The notes beneath the pieces are model-generated. The model saw only the letters and a program-made list of their open reading frames with translations, ran no database searches and was not told where the DNA came from. Below, one piece after another: positions 28,100 to 41,970 of a stretch of 64,000 nucleotides of DNA (its first letter is position 1; every line of letters starts with the position of its first letter). A program made the translations under genes and the position numbers. This DNA comes from Octopus vulgaris (Eukaryota). The stretch is taken from assembly GCA_951406725.2 (NCBI GenBank), contig OX597824.1:27714001-27778000 (forward strand), read 5' to 3'.

Positions 28100-28800
28100 A
28101 TGTGTGATAACATTCATGAAGCACTATCTAGAAGTAGTCGATCATAGTATTGCCATTCCATCCTTTCTGATATCGTATTACATCTCCTTTATGCATTAAC
28201 AAAACATTTTCGTCTGCTCCTCACTCACATGGTTCACATTTCCCGGACAGAAATGGGCTTCTAGGAAATGAAGCTTAATGCTTATTTTACATCCTAAGGA
28301 CTCAAATTTTCCAGCGTTCTTCCAACTATGTTTTGTAGCTTGAATATTTGTGATTACCCAAGGTGTTCTTCATCACATCTTTAAAACTAATCCATACACC
28401 GTTTCAGAATCATTAAGAGAGTTTTCAAAATTTTCATCCTTGAAGAATCTCCTTATAGCTAGTCCTACAAATACAGCTTCTTCGGCTTTGGCTTTTGATA
28501 GAGCAGAAAACTTGCTCCGTTAATACTTAAAGCTCTCTCCATCCTGTAGCAAAGGTTTTACGAGTTGCTTCATGAGGCCACGCTTTATATGTTGAGGAGC
28601 CAAATGAACCCTTTTCGGATCACCTAAACTGTATGAATTAATTTTTAAAAACGTAACGCACCATCTAAATTGACGTAATGAGCGTAGTGCCCTAACCACA
28701 ATCTCTGGCGCCTTCACTCCTTATTCAGATAAGATATAGGCTTACCACTTCGTTACATTATGAAAAGACGAACCGAGCAAAACTGCTGTTTGTCGTCTCC
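28100..28800 (-). mobile_element. Decayed DNA-transposon transposase, probably Chapaev3 (CMC) type
   Basis: LAPQHIKRGLMKQLVKPL...FKY resembles the PPLHIKLGLMKQFVKAL motif; downstream GCKISIKLHFL...VSEEQ...RYQ...MIDY; family name is from memory of the motif; the element may extend to ~27340. Confidence 0.6.
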
Positions 28801-29489
28801 AGTTAAAGAATAAAACGTTTTAGTATTAGCATACATTAGAAACTAACGACAACCAATATATTATTTTGAGGTATTATCTAACTTTGGCTATTTGTTTACA
28901 TTACTTTAGTTTCTATCTCATTTTGTGGAAACTGGATTTATCGGTTACCTGTTAATCGAATGTTCAATAAATGCTTCATTGAAATTATGATGACAAGAGT
29001 GTCAAGGGAATAGAACAAAATCCAGAAAATACTTGTAATGAAGGGTACAGTTTTATTGGTTTTTCTCGCCGTCCTTTATATTATCTGCCGATGTACATCG
29101 CTAGGAGATATACTGGGATCTTTCACACAATTAACACAACCGTATTTTACTTAAATGACATTGTGGAATATAATAGTATAGGAGACAACGCTTCAAGATC
29201 AAATCTAGAATCACGCAATTGCAAAAGAATTTCTCAGGTACTTAACTTGCGACTGCATAGTAGTTAATAAGCTACGAAGTAAGGTTATATATTAGAGTTG
29301 AAAAGAGGCTTGGAGTGAGCTAAGCAACGAAGTGAATGTAGTTAACTTTGGTATACTGTAGTAGCTGTATATATTTCTCTTTCTTGCTGCTGCACAGCAG
29401 ATACATAGAACCATGGATGGTTCTTGGAGAATATCAGTTATCCTATGAGAAACATTTACTCAATCCAATTTTCATATTTGAAGAAAAAG

Positions 29490-29700
29490 ACTTCTTCTAC
29501 TATATAGCCTCGGGCCGACCAAAACCTTGTGAGTGGATTTGGTAGACGGAAACTGAAAGAAGCCTGTCGTATATATGTATACGTATATATATATGTGTGT
29601 GTGTCTGTGTGTATGTTTGTATGTCTGTGTTTGTCCCCCACGACATCGCGTAGCAACCGATGCTGGTGAGTTTACGTCCCCGTAACAGCGGTTGAGGAAA
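29490..29700 (+). mobile_element. SINE family B central fragment
   Basis: tatagcctcgggccgaccaaaaccttgtgagtggatttggtagacggaaactgaaagaagcctgtcg followed by the internal microsatellite. Confidence 0.85.
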
Positions 29701-30615
29701 AGTACCATCATGGGGGTATATGTATTTCAGTGTTATATCATAGGCGTTTACGAAGATTCGGCCGTGTTTGATGCCGTATATCGTTCGAGACATGTCGTTG
29801 CTGCCACGTTCCAAACCTGCTATTATTCAGCATTAAAGCAGTAACTAACACGCCAAGTCTTGAATGACAACATTCAACCATTCTAATAATAATCAAATTC
29901 TTTCAAATAACAGCTTAGAAATCACATGCACACACACACAAATACACATGCATACGCACCGGCACATAAAAAAACACATGCACATATAGACACTAAGAAG
30001 GAAATAAAAAAGAACACAATGAAAACGTAATAATCGATACAGAGAAATAGGTGACGGTCAAAACTAGAACACCAATGATCATTTGTATGCTCAATCGAAG
30101 CTGCCTTTGGGATAAACAACAGCAATAACAAGAACAAAAAGCGTAATAACAGTAGCAACATCAATTACGAATGACGGCCATTTTGTTTTCAGTCTAGTCT
30201 ATTGCGAACAAATATCAGGAAGCAGCTGTGATAGGCATGCCTTTGAGAAAGGTGTTATCATATTACGTGAAATTATAATGAATGCCCTTCGTACAGGAAA
30301 CAATAATATATCGGTGATATCTAAGGATTTCAATCTACTCACGTTTTCGCTCTGTAGCAATGTCAGTTATGTGAGAAATTAATAATATGCTACAGTATAT
30401 AATTACATAAGAAAGAAAGATATTACAGTCTGGGTGAAAAATACAAATAGAGGGTAAAAATATATAAAGAGCAAAAAATAATAAAGCTTCCAGCGTTAAT
30501 AAAAGCATGCATATTAATGTAAAGCAAACCAATGTATAGTTTCGTATTTCTCATTTAAAAGGGTTTATGAATGTGTGCATGTCGCTATATGTATACGTAT
30601 ATATGTATATGTATA

Positions 30616-30667
<52 letters not shown>

Positions 30668-30758
30668 TACACGTATTTACATGTATATAGACATGCGTAT
30701 ACATATATACACATATATGTGAATATATATATATCCTTGTTTATCCATTTATCCATAT

Positions 30759-30810
<52 letters not shown>

Positions 30811-31184
30811 TTGATAAAGTGAAAGATGTACATTTATATATGTATATGGACATGAATATCTATACATATGTATACATACTTATATGTATATATATATATT
30901 TATATACATATATATCTATATCTGTGTGTGTGCGCGCGTGTGTATACATGCAACGAGGGGGAGAGAGAGTAAGTAAGAGTGAAAAAGGGAGAGAGAGAGA
31001 GAGAGAGAGAGAAATAAACAGAGAGAAAGGCAATTATATACATACACAAACAGACACGCAGCATATAGTAATTGTTTGAATATTTTCGCAAATATTTCGA
31101 AACATTTTGTGCAAAGCGATTAACAGAGAACTAAATAGAAATGGAGAAATCAGATATACCTCAATAATATAGCGGTATACAGCT

Positions 31185-31480
31185 AGTATTCCGTCGATTT
31201 CAACGACGAGGGTTCCAGTTGATCCGATCAACGGAACAGCCCGCTCGTGAAATTAACGAGCAATTGGCTGAGCACTCCACAGACACGTGTACCCTTGGGG
31301 AGATTCAACGTGACAAGGGTGACTCTTTGAAATACAAGGACTACTCGTTCTTGTCTGCTGAGTGGACTGGAGCAACGTGAAATACAATGTCTGGCTCAAG
31401 GATACAGCGCAACATCAGAAAGTGAACTCATGACCGTACGATTTTTAGCCGAATACCTGACCATTCGGCCAGTTGTCTTC
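31185..31480 (-). mobile_element. SINE with a family C tail on a CORE-like body
   Basis: gggttccagttgatccgatcaacggaacagcccgctcgtgaaattaacg is the reverse complement of the family C tail; followed by gctgagtggactggagcaacgtgaaat. Confidence 0.7.
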
Positions 31481-31673
31481 GCTAAAAAGAAGGGGTCATT
31501 GGAAAACAGAATTAAAGTCCAAGAAATACATAATATTTTTCACATTATCTCGAAATATATCTTGTTTTCTAGCATTCAGCTTATCATAGAAATACATTGA
31601 CAGGTCAAGCGTTTATTACATCATCTAAAACGTTCCTTAGGAGGATTTCGTCGCTTGTAAAGATCTTGATTTG

Positions 31674-31910
31674 TGGAGGTGCAATGGCTCAGTGGTTAGG
31701 GTAGCGGACTCGCGGTCGGAAGATCGCGCTTTCGATTCCCAGACCGGTCGTTTTGTGTGTTTATTGATCGAAAATTTCTCTCTCTCTTTCTTCCTGTATC
31801 TTGAGTAACGCTGCGATGGACTGGCATCCCTTCCAGCTGAGAGGAACACATACGCCACAGAAACCAGGAACCGGGTCCATGAGCCTGGTTAGGCTTGAAA
31901 AGGGCGACGA
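31674..31910 (+). mobile_element. SINE family C head with alternative tail
   Basis: ggaggtgcaatggctcagtggttaggg...ttcgattccc; tail cttgagtaacgctgcgatggactggc shared with 56903-57175. Confidence 0.8.
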
Positions 31911-32694
31911 AAAAGACCTTGGTTTACAGACAATTGCTGTGAGAACTAGTCAAAGCAACAGCATAAACATGTAAAACATTTGCTTGGTCTGAAACAACTT
32001 TTACATCAGTGCTCCGTTCACTGAAAGCTACAATAAATATTGAAGTAAAATTACAAAATACTGAAAATGGGGATATTACAATGCGAAAAGGAGAGTTTGG
32101 TGACGTTTATATAACAGAAGCATAAATGCTTATCATCAGAAATGAATAGAATAAGGAAGTGTTTGTCTATGAAGACTCGGCCTTGTTGAGTGTTGTACAG
32201 GTTGGGCTATTTTACACTTGTGTCAGAATGTTTAAGTAAACTACACGCGTTTCTTTCATTAAAATTTAAAATTAGAATCATCTTAGAAAAATATGTTATT
32301 GTGTTATCAATTAGAAGAATAATTATCTCAACTTATTATGGAGATTAACTATTCTTTATCTTTTACTTATTATAGTCAATAGATATCGATTTTTCTCGGG
32401 CACTGCCCTATACAATTTCAGTCAAAGGGAACGGCCCCAGTAATTTTTAAAAGCTCGGTACTTACGCGAGCGATATATTTCACTGAACCACTAATTTGAA
32501 AACTTACAGGGATATAATCACACCAACACCGGTTATTAAAAAGATTTTGAAGCTGTATAATCCTGTTTCCCTCGCTATGATGTCATGATTATATACTCTG
32601 TATAATGTATGAAATCCAATGAAGCCCCCCACCCCTCAGGATTTATCTTTTGTGTGAAGTGTTGCTTAATTGTTTATCTTAAACAATTCTGCGT

Positions 32695-32995
32695 GTACAT
32701 TATTTACATTTGACGGATATTTGTCCTCATTTTTTTTGTTGATAACACAACGTTTCGGCTGATATACCTTGCAGCCTTCCTCGGGTGTCTTGGGGAACTT
32801 TCGAACCTGGGTTCTCATTCCTAAGGTATTTTTTCGATCTTATAATCATCATCATCATCATCATTATTACTATTATTGTTGTTGATATTCTTCTTCTTCT
32901 TCTTCTTCTTCTTCTTCTTCTTCTTCTTCTTCTTCTTCTTCTTCTTCTTCTTCTTCTTCTTCTTCTTCTTTTTCTTCTTTCTTCTTCTTCTTCTT

Positions 32996-33074
<79 letters not shown>

Positions 33075-33110
33075 TCACTCCCTGGAATCGAACTCGAAAT
33101 GTTGGGGTTC
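32695..33110 (-). mobile_element. SINE-like element: B-box head, internal (AAT)n(AAG)n, 3' hammerhead motif
   Basis: Minus strand: GAGTTCGATTCC (33095-33084), microsatellite (33070-32845), then hammerhead (32788-32745). Confidence 0.6.
32745..32788 (-). ncRNA. Minimal hammerhead ribozyme motif with core variant
   Basis: acac CCGAGGA a ggctg-caaggtatat-cagcc GAA ACGT T gtgt: stems I and II perfect, palindromic stem III, U4-to-C core change. Confidence 0.65.
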
Positions 33111-33305
33111 AACATATTTCCAAACATTCGATGTCGTTAACCAGATTGCGATTATACCAGAGTGCTAAAAAGGTACTTGCTCAGATTTCAGATCCCTATT
33201 GCTCTACGATAGACATACATACATACATACATACATACATACATACATACATACACACTCACACATATATGTTTGTGTGTGTATGTATGCATCTATATAT
33301 GTATG

Positions 33306-33348
<43 letters not shown>

Positions 33349-33380
33349 TTTATTTAAAGCAGCAGAAAATTCAACAAAAC

Positions 33381-33418
33381 CTGTTACTCAGAGTTTCACG
33401 TTGCCGTTCATCGGACAG
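33381..33418 (-). ncRNA. Mirror hammerhead motif in the left arm of the palindrome
   Basis: Minus strand ctgt CCGATGA acggcaacgt GAA ACTC-t-GAGT A acag. Confidence 0.7.
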
Positions 33419-33441
33419 TTTTTGCTAGATTCTAGCAAAAA

Positions 33442-33479
33442 CTGTCCGATGAACGGCAACGTGAAACTCAGAGTAACAG
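33442..33479 (+). ncRNA. Minimal hammerhead ribozyme motif in the right arm of the palindrome
   Basis: ctgt CCGATGA acg-gcaa-cgt GAA ACTC-a-GAGT A acag: GNRA-capped stem II, GUA triplet, U4-to-C. Confidence 0.7.
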
Positions 33480-33576
33480 GTTTTGTTGAATTGTCTGCTG
33501 CTTTAAATAAACCATATTACTCTACCGCTGGTATTTGAGTACTCTTTTTTCCACCTTGTTTCACATGTGTTTACTC

Positions 33577-33667
<91 letters not shown>

Positions 33668-33756
33668 GTATTTATGTATGTATGTACGTATTATGTCCAA
33701 AGGAATGGGGATTTTGAATCGGAGCAAGTACCTTATTAGCACTCTGGTAATGTGAT

Positions 33757-34290
33757 GAATATTTCAGAAATAGATGTTAAACTTGTTATTTATTCAACTG
33801 ACGATCCCAGAATATGTTTGTCATTCAGAGGGTGAAATCGATCGATATTGAAAATATACCTTCCTTACTTATTTATTCCATGCAAGGTAAGCCTGTTTCT
33901 TCTCTGATCATTGCATTGCCCGTTTGTATTTTAGTATTCAGTTAGTGATGGTCTTAGAGTGATGGCTCCGATTATAGCAAGTGGTAAATAAATACCTTAC
34001 TGAATCTAAATTTATCTTATATTTTGCCTGTAAAATTGTAAACTTCGTAGCCACCTTATTATTACAATTAATAATAGTAATAATACGTCATTATATAAAA
34101 TATATTGGCTCACGATAGTTCTGCTTTAAATGACGCGGGGTCGTTTAATGTAAAGAACACACGCCAAGTAATATTACGAATGTTTCAGGAATAGATGTTA
34201 AAACAGAGTACGTTTGTCATTCAGAGGGTGAAATCAATGGATATTGAAATATCCATTCCTTACTTATGTATTCCATGAAAGGTAACCCTG
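33757..34290 (+). repeat. Local diverged duplication (33757-33895 and 34178-34290)
   Basis: Shared gtttgtcattcagagggtgaaatc...ttccttactta...ttccatg.aaggtaa.cctg. Confidence 0.85.
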
Positions 34291-34707
34291 ATTAAATTTG
34301 GAGTCACATTATTATCTAAAATTTATTGAATTAGGTAGAACTATGTTAAGCAAGTATGTCTGATTAGGTGTTTCACTTTTAGTAGATAGGCACAGGATAG
34401 GTTAATAATTTTTATTATTTTTGTTTGTGTGGATTTGTTCCATTCTTTTTACAATGCAAAGGTCAAAGTTACAAGGTCCAGTATTTAAAATCTTAATAAA
34501 TGAATGAGTCGACATTTTGGTAATGGAAATTTTAGGCATTTACAAAAGTATGAAAGTAGGCAAATCGGTATTGTTTTTGCTTTTTCGTTACTTCTTATTT
34601 TTCACCATTTTGTCACCCTCTATCGTATTTAATGAAAATTATAGTTTTCCTTTTTGGTGATACATTGCGAAATCGCTGCCTAATCTCATTATATATATAT
34701 ACATACA

Positions 34708-34761
<54 letters not shown>

Positions 34762-34764
<3 letters not shown>

Positions 34765-35380
34765 CATCAGGGAATATTATTCCAAACTTACAGGGAAAAA
34801 TTCAATTTAGAAATACTAAATCGAATTTCACAAAATATAATATATAGAAAAAACCCACCTTCTATGAATTCAATAATGCAAAGTTAAATTATACCATCTA
34901 GAAAATTATATATAATAGAAAGATGAAATATAAGATAAAACATATAACGATGATTAAGTAAAGTGCAAAATACTAAATAAAGCGTATAAATTTGGTATAT
35001 ATATATATATATATATATATATAAGAGTTTTTTGCGTAATGAGATAAAAAAAACCGAGGCTGTGTAGATATTAGAAGATTTATAGATAGAAGGTCTTACA
35101 GCTGTTTCGAGGATATTTATTAATTGTATCCCTTCATGGAGACGGTGTGAGAGGATGATTAAGTCATAGTTAGTTTTAGATGTGATAAAAAATAGAGAGT
35201 GAGGTGGAGGAAAGAAAATAGATGCAAGATATGTATGGATATTGAAGTTGTAGATCCATTTATTTAAGGCAGAATGGTATATATGTAATATTCCAATACC
35301 CTTTGAGTAATGTCCAAAAGTCCAACAGAGTTTAGAATGGGTCCTTCCAAATATAGAGTTTATACGCAATGTATATATAA
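34762..35380 (-). mobile_element. Probable PLE terminal-repeat-derived element in (TA)n with a degenerate hammerhead at 35093-35143
   Basis: Minus strand gtct CCATGA a gggata-loop-tatcct c GAA ACAGCTGT A agac; core is one nucleotide short; element limits approximate. Confidence 0.55.
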
Positions 35381-35392
35381 ATGTATATACAA

Positions 35393-35448
<56 letters not shown>

Positions 35449-35998
35449 ATATATACATGTTTATTGATATTGATATACACAAGTTTATACGAATGTGTAT
35501 GCACATATGATGGTGTGTTTGTTCGTGTGCGTGTTTGAGTATACATATATATGTATATACAACTCATATCCACACATGCATGTGTGTGTGATTATTACCT
35601 TCCTCCTTCCTCTTTTTCTGGTTTTCCCTTAAACACTATCTGGCTTATGAAAAATCATTCAGCCAGTGTCGGGTTCAATGGCGGATTTGAAAAGGATAGT
35701 CATTAATCGTCTCTTTTTGCTTAATCACTCTTCAGCTCTACACCCTGGTCACCCTGTTCATTCATGAGTCTGTCATCACCCTGTATTCCTCAATCTCCCC
35801 CTCACATTTTCTCTCAATCTACCTATTTCTGCGTTAGTTCAGATGTGATGTACGTTTCACCGTTTTTCATTTAGTCGTTCATCAAAATCTAAAATGTCTG
35901 CCGTCACAAAGATTCACAAATATTTTCAGCAGCTAAAACATCAATTTGGATTCTATCAAACTACTACCTTCCTTATAGTCAATTATGACATTACAGTA

Positions 35999-36086
<88 letters not shown>

Positions 36087-36163
36087 GTCTATATGTCTGT
36101 CTGTCGGACTGTCTGCCTTTCTCCCTGTCTGTCTCTCTGTCTGTCTATCAATCTATCCGTCTA

Positions 36164-36218
<55 letters not shown>

Positions 36219-36575
36219 CTATCTCTATCTGTCTGTCTGTCTATCTATTTATCTATTTATCTATCTTCATGTCTGTATGTCAGTCTATCTGTCTGTCTGT
36301 CTCTGTCTGTCTATGCCTATCTATCTATCCACCAATATATCCATCCTCCTTTCTCTCTCTCTCTCTCTCTCTGTCGATCTATCTGTCTATCTATCTCTTT
36401 ATCTCTCTATCTATCTCTCTATCTACCCTTCTGTTTGTCTGTTTGTCCGTCTGTCTGTGTCTCTGCCTTTTTATCTACCTATCTCTCTGACTGTCTATCT
36501 ACCTATCATCTTTTATGTGTGTCTGAGTGTGTGCGTGTGTGTGTGTATTTGTGTGTGTACGTGTGCGTGTGTGTC
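35999..36575. repeat. (TCTA)n/(TCTG)n/(TC)n/(TG)n compound microsatellite
   Basis: Direct reading. Confidence 0.95.
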
Positions 36576-37300
36576 ACCCAAACCACCACTTGACGACTGG
36601 TGTTGCCTCGTTCGCCTCCTTAAAGTTAAGCTGATCCAGAAAGCGAGCCGATAGTATATGTACTACAAATGCACATTTAAAACACTACAACTGCTGTCGA
36701 TCTAGTGAACAAAATCATTTTGAAGCAGTGCCCCAGCATGGCCGGAATTTAACGACAGAAATAAACGTTTCATAAAGATATGTAAAATCTGCTTTAGTCA
36801 TTCAATAAGTTTTTGTTTTTTTAAGCGTGAGGCTGCTGCACAGACACAGAGATTACGCTGTTTTCTCTCTCCCTTCTTTTACATTCCCATCTCTTCCCTC
36901 CTATTATTCCCTCCCGCTGTTATTCTCTCCCTAATCATTTGTCTCTCCTCTACCTCCTCCTCCTCCTCCTCCTCTCTCTCTCTCTCTGTCTCTTGCTCAC
37001 AGTATCTATCGATCTGTCTATCTATCTATCTACAATTTCTTTTCTACAGTGTTTTCCATCAAGCAGACATTACATCATATAGTAATAACAACGTAATAAC
37101 ACTTAGGGAGAGACGAATAGATGTATATATGCTATGCACACGACGACTGTACGGTACGGTACACACACGCACATATCAAGCGCGCACGCACACACGCATA
37201 CGCACTCATGAGTGTGTGTGTGCATGTCGTTGTGCGTACGTGCGCGTGAATGGATAAATAATTGTGTATGCGTGCGTGTAAGTGGTTGTCTGTGAAGGCG

Positions 37301-37336
<36 letters not shown>

Positions 37337-37489
37337 ATGTGTGTGTGTGTGTTTATTACACAGCTGTCGTTGGCAGAAGCTACAGAGTAATTCAACATCA
37401 CGATTCTCGATTATTGTATTTGTAACATTTGTCTGATAAGGACTTTTACCGCTGATACATACACACTCATATATATATATATGCTTATA

Positions 37490-37535
<46 letters not shown>

Positions 37536-37808
37536 CACACATACATATATATATATATATGTATGTGTGTATGTGTGTCTGTGTGTGTATACACAGATAC
37601 ACACGTACACGAACGCGCGCACATACACAAACATATGTGTATGTAGATCAAATATGTATATATGTGCATACATGTATGACTGCTATTTCTCTATCTTTCT
37701 ATATATCTATCTGTCTATCTATTTATCTATTTATCCATCGATTTATCTATATATTTATCTCTCTCTCGATATATGTATATATAGTATATATGCACACAAA
37801 TATATATG

Positions 37809-37844
<36 letters not shown>

Positions 37845-37892
37845 TACATGCATATATATATATATACATTCACACACACACATATATATGTG

Positions 37893-37943
<51 letters not shown>

Positions 37944-38027
37944 CTTAGACACACATACGCAGAGACATACATATATACGGTTATTTACACACACATATAT
38001 ACATATATACATGGATATGAGCCTTTG

Positions 38028-38064
<37 letters not shown>

Positions 38065-38905
38065 ATGTATATAATATGCATTTGTATACATATGTATACA
38101 AACGCACACATATATGCATACATACATTCATACATAAATACATACATAAATACATACATACATACATACATACATACATACATACATACATACATACATA
38201 CATGCATACATATAAATATTCAATTTATTATCCCTTCAGAAACCAATAAACAACATGCTGACATTAGATAATTCGTTTTCATTCATTGTGCACTCTGCAA
38301 CTCTCTTTCTCCTTCTCCTTCTCTTTCTTTCTTTCTTCGTTCCTTCCTTCCCTTCTTACTTTCGTTCTTTCTTTCCTTCGTTTTCTCTACCCTCCCTCCC
38401 TCTTCTTTCTTTATTCTACGCTTCTGTCAGTATCTCTCTCTCTCTCTCCCTATATCGCTCCATAAAGCTATTAGTTTACTATTCCCTTATTCCATATGCT
38501 ATACATATGCTCTTTCTCAAACCCGCACACATATATGCATACATACATTCTCTACATACTTCCAAATACATTCACCATCCGACAACAACATCGTTTGTCG
38601 TCGTCGTCTCTCCCAATCGATAATTCACGTTACACTATCAATATGTTTTTCATTTTCTACCATCTACCAATGACATTTGTAATTGCCTTTCTTCTCTCTG
38701 CTTTCATATTAATAAATAAATATACGGATGAATCTCTCAACAGTTAAAATCCTCAGTGAATCTATTAGTGCTGCACTTCATCGTTGCCATCATGTTCTCT
38801 CTTTAATATTCCCTGTCTCGCTCACATTTTCTTTTTTATAACAGTGTCTTTATTTTGAACTCTTATTCAAAGTGTGTATGGCTTTTTCATCTATGTATCT
38901 ATCTG

Positions 38906-38982
<77 letters not shown>

Positions 38983-38985
38983 TTA

Positions 38986-40109
<1,124 letters not shown>

Positions 40110-40324
40110 ATATATATATATATATATATATCCGTCTATCTATCTATCCATCCATATATATATATATATATCTATCCATCCATATATATCTATCTATCCA
40201 TCCATATATATATCTATCTATCCATCCATATATATATATCCGTCTATCTATCTATCCATCCATCCATCCATCCATCCATCCATCCATCCGTCTGACCGTC
40301 TGTCCGTCCGTCCGTCCGTCCGTA

Positions 40325-40356
<32 letters not shown>

Positions 40357-40526
40357 CATCCGTCCGTCCGTCCGTCTCTCTGTCTGTCTATCTATCTGTC
40401 TGTCTGTCTATCTGTCTGTCTGTCTATCTATCTATCTATCAAGCTTTCTATCTGTCTGTCTGTCTATCTTTCTATCTGTCTGTTTGTCTATCTATCTATC
40501 TATCTATCCACATATATATATGTATA

Positions 40527-40577
<51 letters not shown>

Positions 40578-40595
40578 ACCTACCTACCTACCTAC

Positions 40596-40650
<55 letters not shown>

Positions 40651-40666
40651 CCTATCTATCTATCTA
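40110..40666. repeat. (TA)n/(TCCA)n/(TCTG)n/(TCTA)n compound microsatellite
   Basis: Direct reading. Confidence 0.95.
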
Positions 40667-41599
40667 ATGGTCAGGCGATCCATTTGCTGTCAACACCCGT
40701 TAAAAGGAGGGCTGGGCATGCCGTGGTTGATGATGCGCAGACACGCGCTGAGACTGCGACATCTCTGGCTCTATGTAGACGACGGTGAACAGGTGTGGTC
40801 GCCGTTTGTGAGGCACGCTTTCCCGCAGCTCGTCTCCATGACCGAACTGCAGTCGTGGATCAAAAAGAGGCCGAAGAAGGGCGAATGGCACCGCGAGTGT
40901 CGCTTTGCTCTCAAGCAACTCTGCCGTCCTGGGTCGACCTTGAGTGACTTCAACACAACCAAAGCATTCTATAGGGGTTTAGTGGAGGGGAGGTACGACG
41001 ACGAGCTCGGGGCGAACCTGGACGTCGACGAGGAGTACCTGACCCGCCTGTTCAGGACGACTTTCGGGCCAGGGCCCATGGACAACTTCCAGAGATCCCT
41101 GGCCTGGCAGTGCTACCGAGAAGCGCTACCCGTTCGGGATAAGCTCTACAGACACGGCTCGAGAAACACGGGGCCGACCTGCCCGAGATGCGGTCAGAGC
41201 GACGAAACCGTTCTGCACGCACTCGTGCAGTGTCCAACAATTTCCGACCTGTGGGCTTATGTCGAACAACTGCTGTCACGTGTGGGACGAGTCGGTTTAT
41301 CAGCTGAGTCTATCGTCAATATTGGCACGCCTCCCTCCTTCAAACGGGAAGGAAGAGCTATTTTCATCATCCTTGTGGCTATGGCGAAAGAATGTATCTG
41401 GTGGACGCGTCTGAAAGGATTGGAGACAAACACTTTCCTCGCTGGTCAATCTCTCATCAACTTCTTCAAGTACCACTTGAAAAGGAAAGTGAGAGTAGAG
41501 AGGCAAGTTTTGTCTAGCGAATGTTTTAAAAAAAGATGGGTGAATGTAGCAAGAATGGCACGTATGAATGACGAAGCCACCTTGAGCATGATCCTATGA
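40667..41599 (+). CDS. C-terminal ~310 aa of a Tx1/L1-like ORF2 (post-RT region, zf-RVT and CCHC knuckle), 5'-truncated
   Basis: PLKGGLGMP, LAWQCYREALPVRDKL, CPRCGQSDETVLHALVQC, AKECIWWTR; no internal stop; the first ~60 codons of the listed ORF are microsatellite. Confidence 0.85.
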   Translation: MVRRSICCQHPLKGGLGMPWLMMRRHALRLRHLWLYVDDGEQVWSPFVRHAFPQLVSMTELQSWIKKRPKKGEWHRECRFALKQLCRPGSTLSDFNTTKAFYRGLVEGRYDDELGANLDVDEEYLTRLFRTTFGPGPMDNFQRSLAWQCYREALPVRDKLYRHGSRNTGPTCPRCGQSDETVLHALVQCPTISDLWAYVEQLLSRVGRVGLSAESIVNIGTPPSFKREGRAIFIILVAMAKECIWWTRLKGLETNTFLAGQSLINFFKYHLKRKVRVERQVLSSECFKKRWVNVARMARMNDEATLSMIL

Positions 41600-41970
41600 A
41601 CCCAGAAATTGAAAACAGAGAGTTGCTTATTCGCAAAAAAAAAAAAAAAAGAAATATAACATGTGACTCCATTGACTGAGGCTACCGTGGTCTTTTCCGT
41701 AGGCTTTTCTTTCCACGGGTAAACCTCACCTGTCCTCCCCTTTACACTTCATATTGACATTTCTGTGATAACGATCCCTATTGATCATTTTTTTCCCTCT
41801 CCCCCTTTTTTTTTAACCCCCCTTTTTTTGTCCTCTTTCTCTCCTTTTACGATCCCTTTTGATCGAAACTCCCCCTTCCTTTTTTTTTTTTTTTAAACCT
41901 TCAAAAGAAAAGCTCTACCTTGTAATTTGTTCTATCTGTGTGCAGCCCTGTGTGGCTAATAAAGAAACAT
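40667..41970 (+). mobile_element. 5'-truncated Tx1/L1-like non-LTR retrotransposon inserted in (TCTA)n
   Basis: GC-rich open frame to 41599, pyrimidine-rich 3' UTR, AATAAA at 41958-41963, (ATCT)n resumes at 41971. Confidence 0.85.

Larger units (their letters stand above)
33349..33511. repeat. 163 bp near-perfect palindrome centred on 33430, within a ~230 bp insert in (TA)n
   Basis: Arms of 81 bp are reverse complements with two mismatches by eye and essentially no loop. Confidence 0.95.

Noticed and set aside
40484-40666. N-terminal part of the 371 aa ORF
   Set aside because: Microsatellite read-through into the truncated LINE frame, not a real N-terminus
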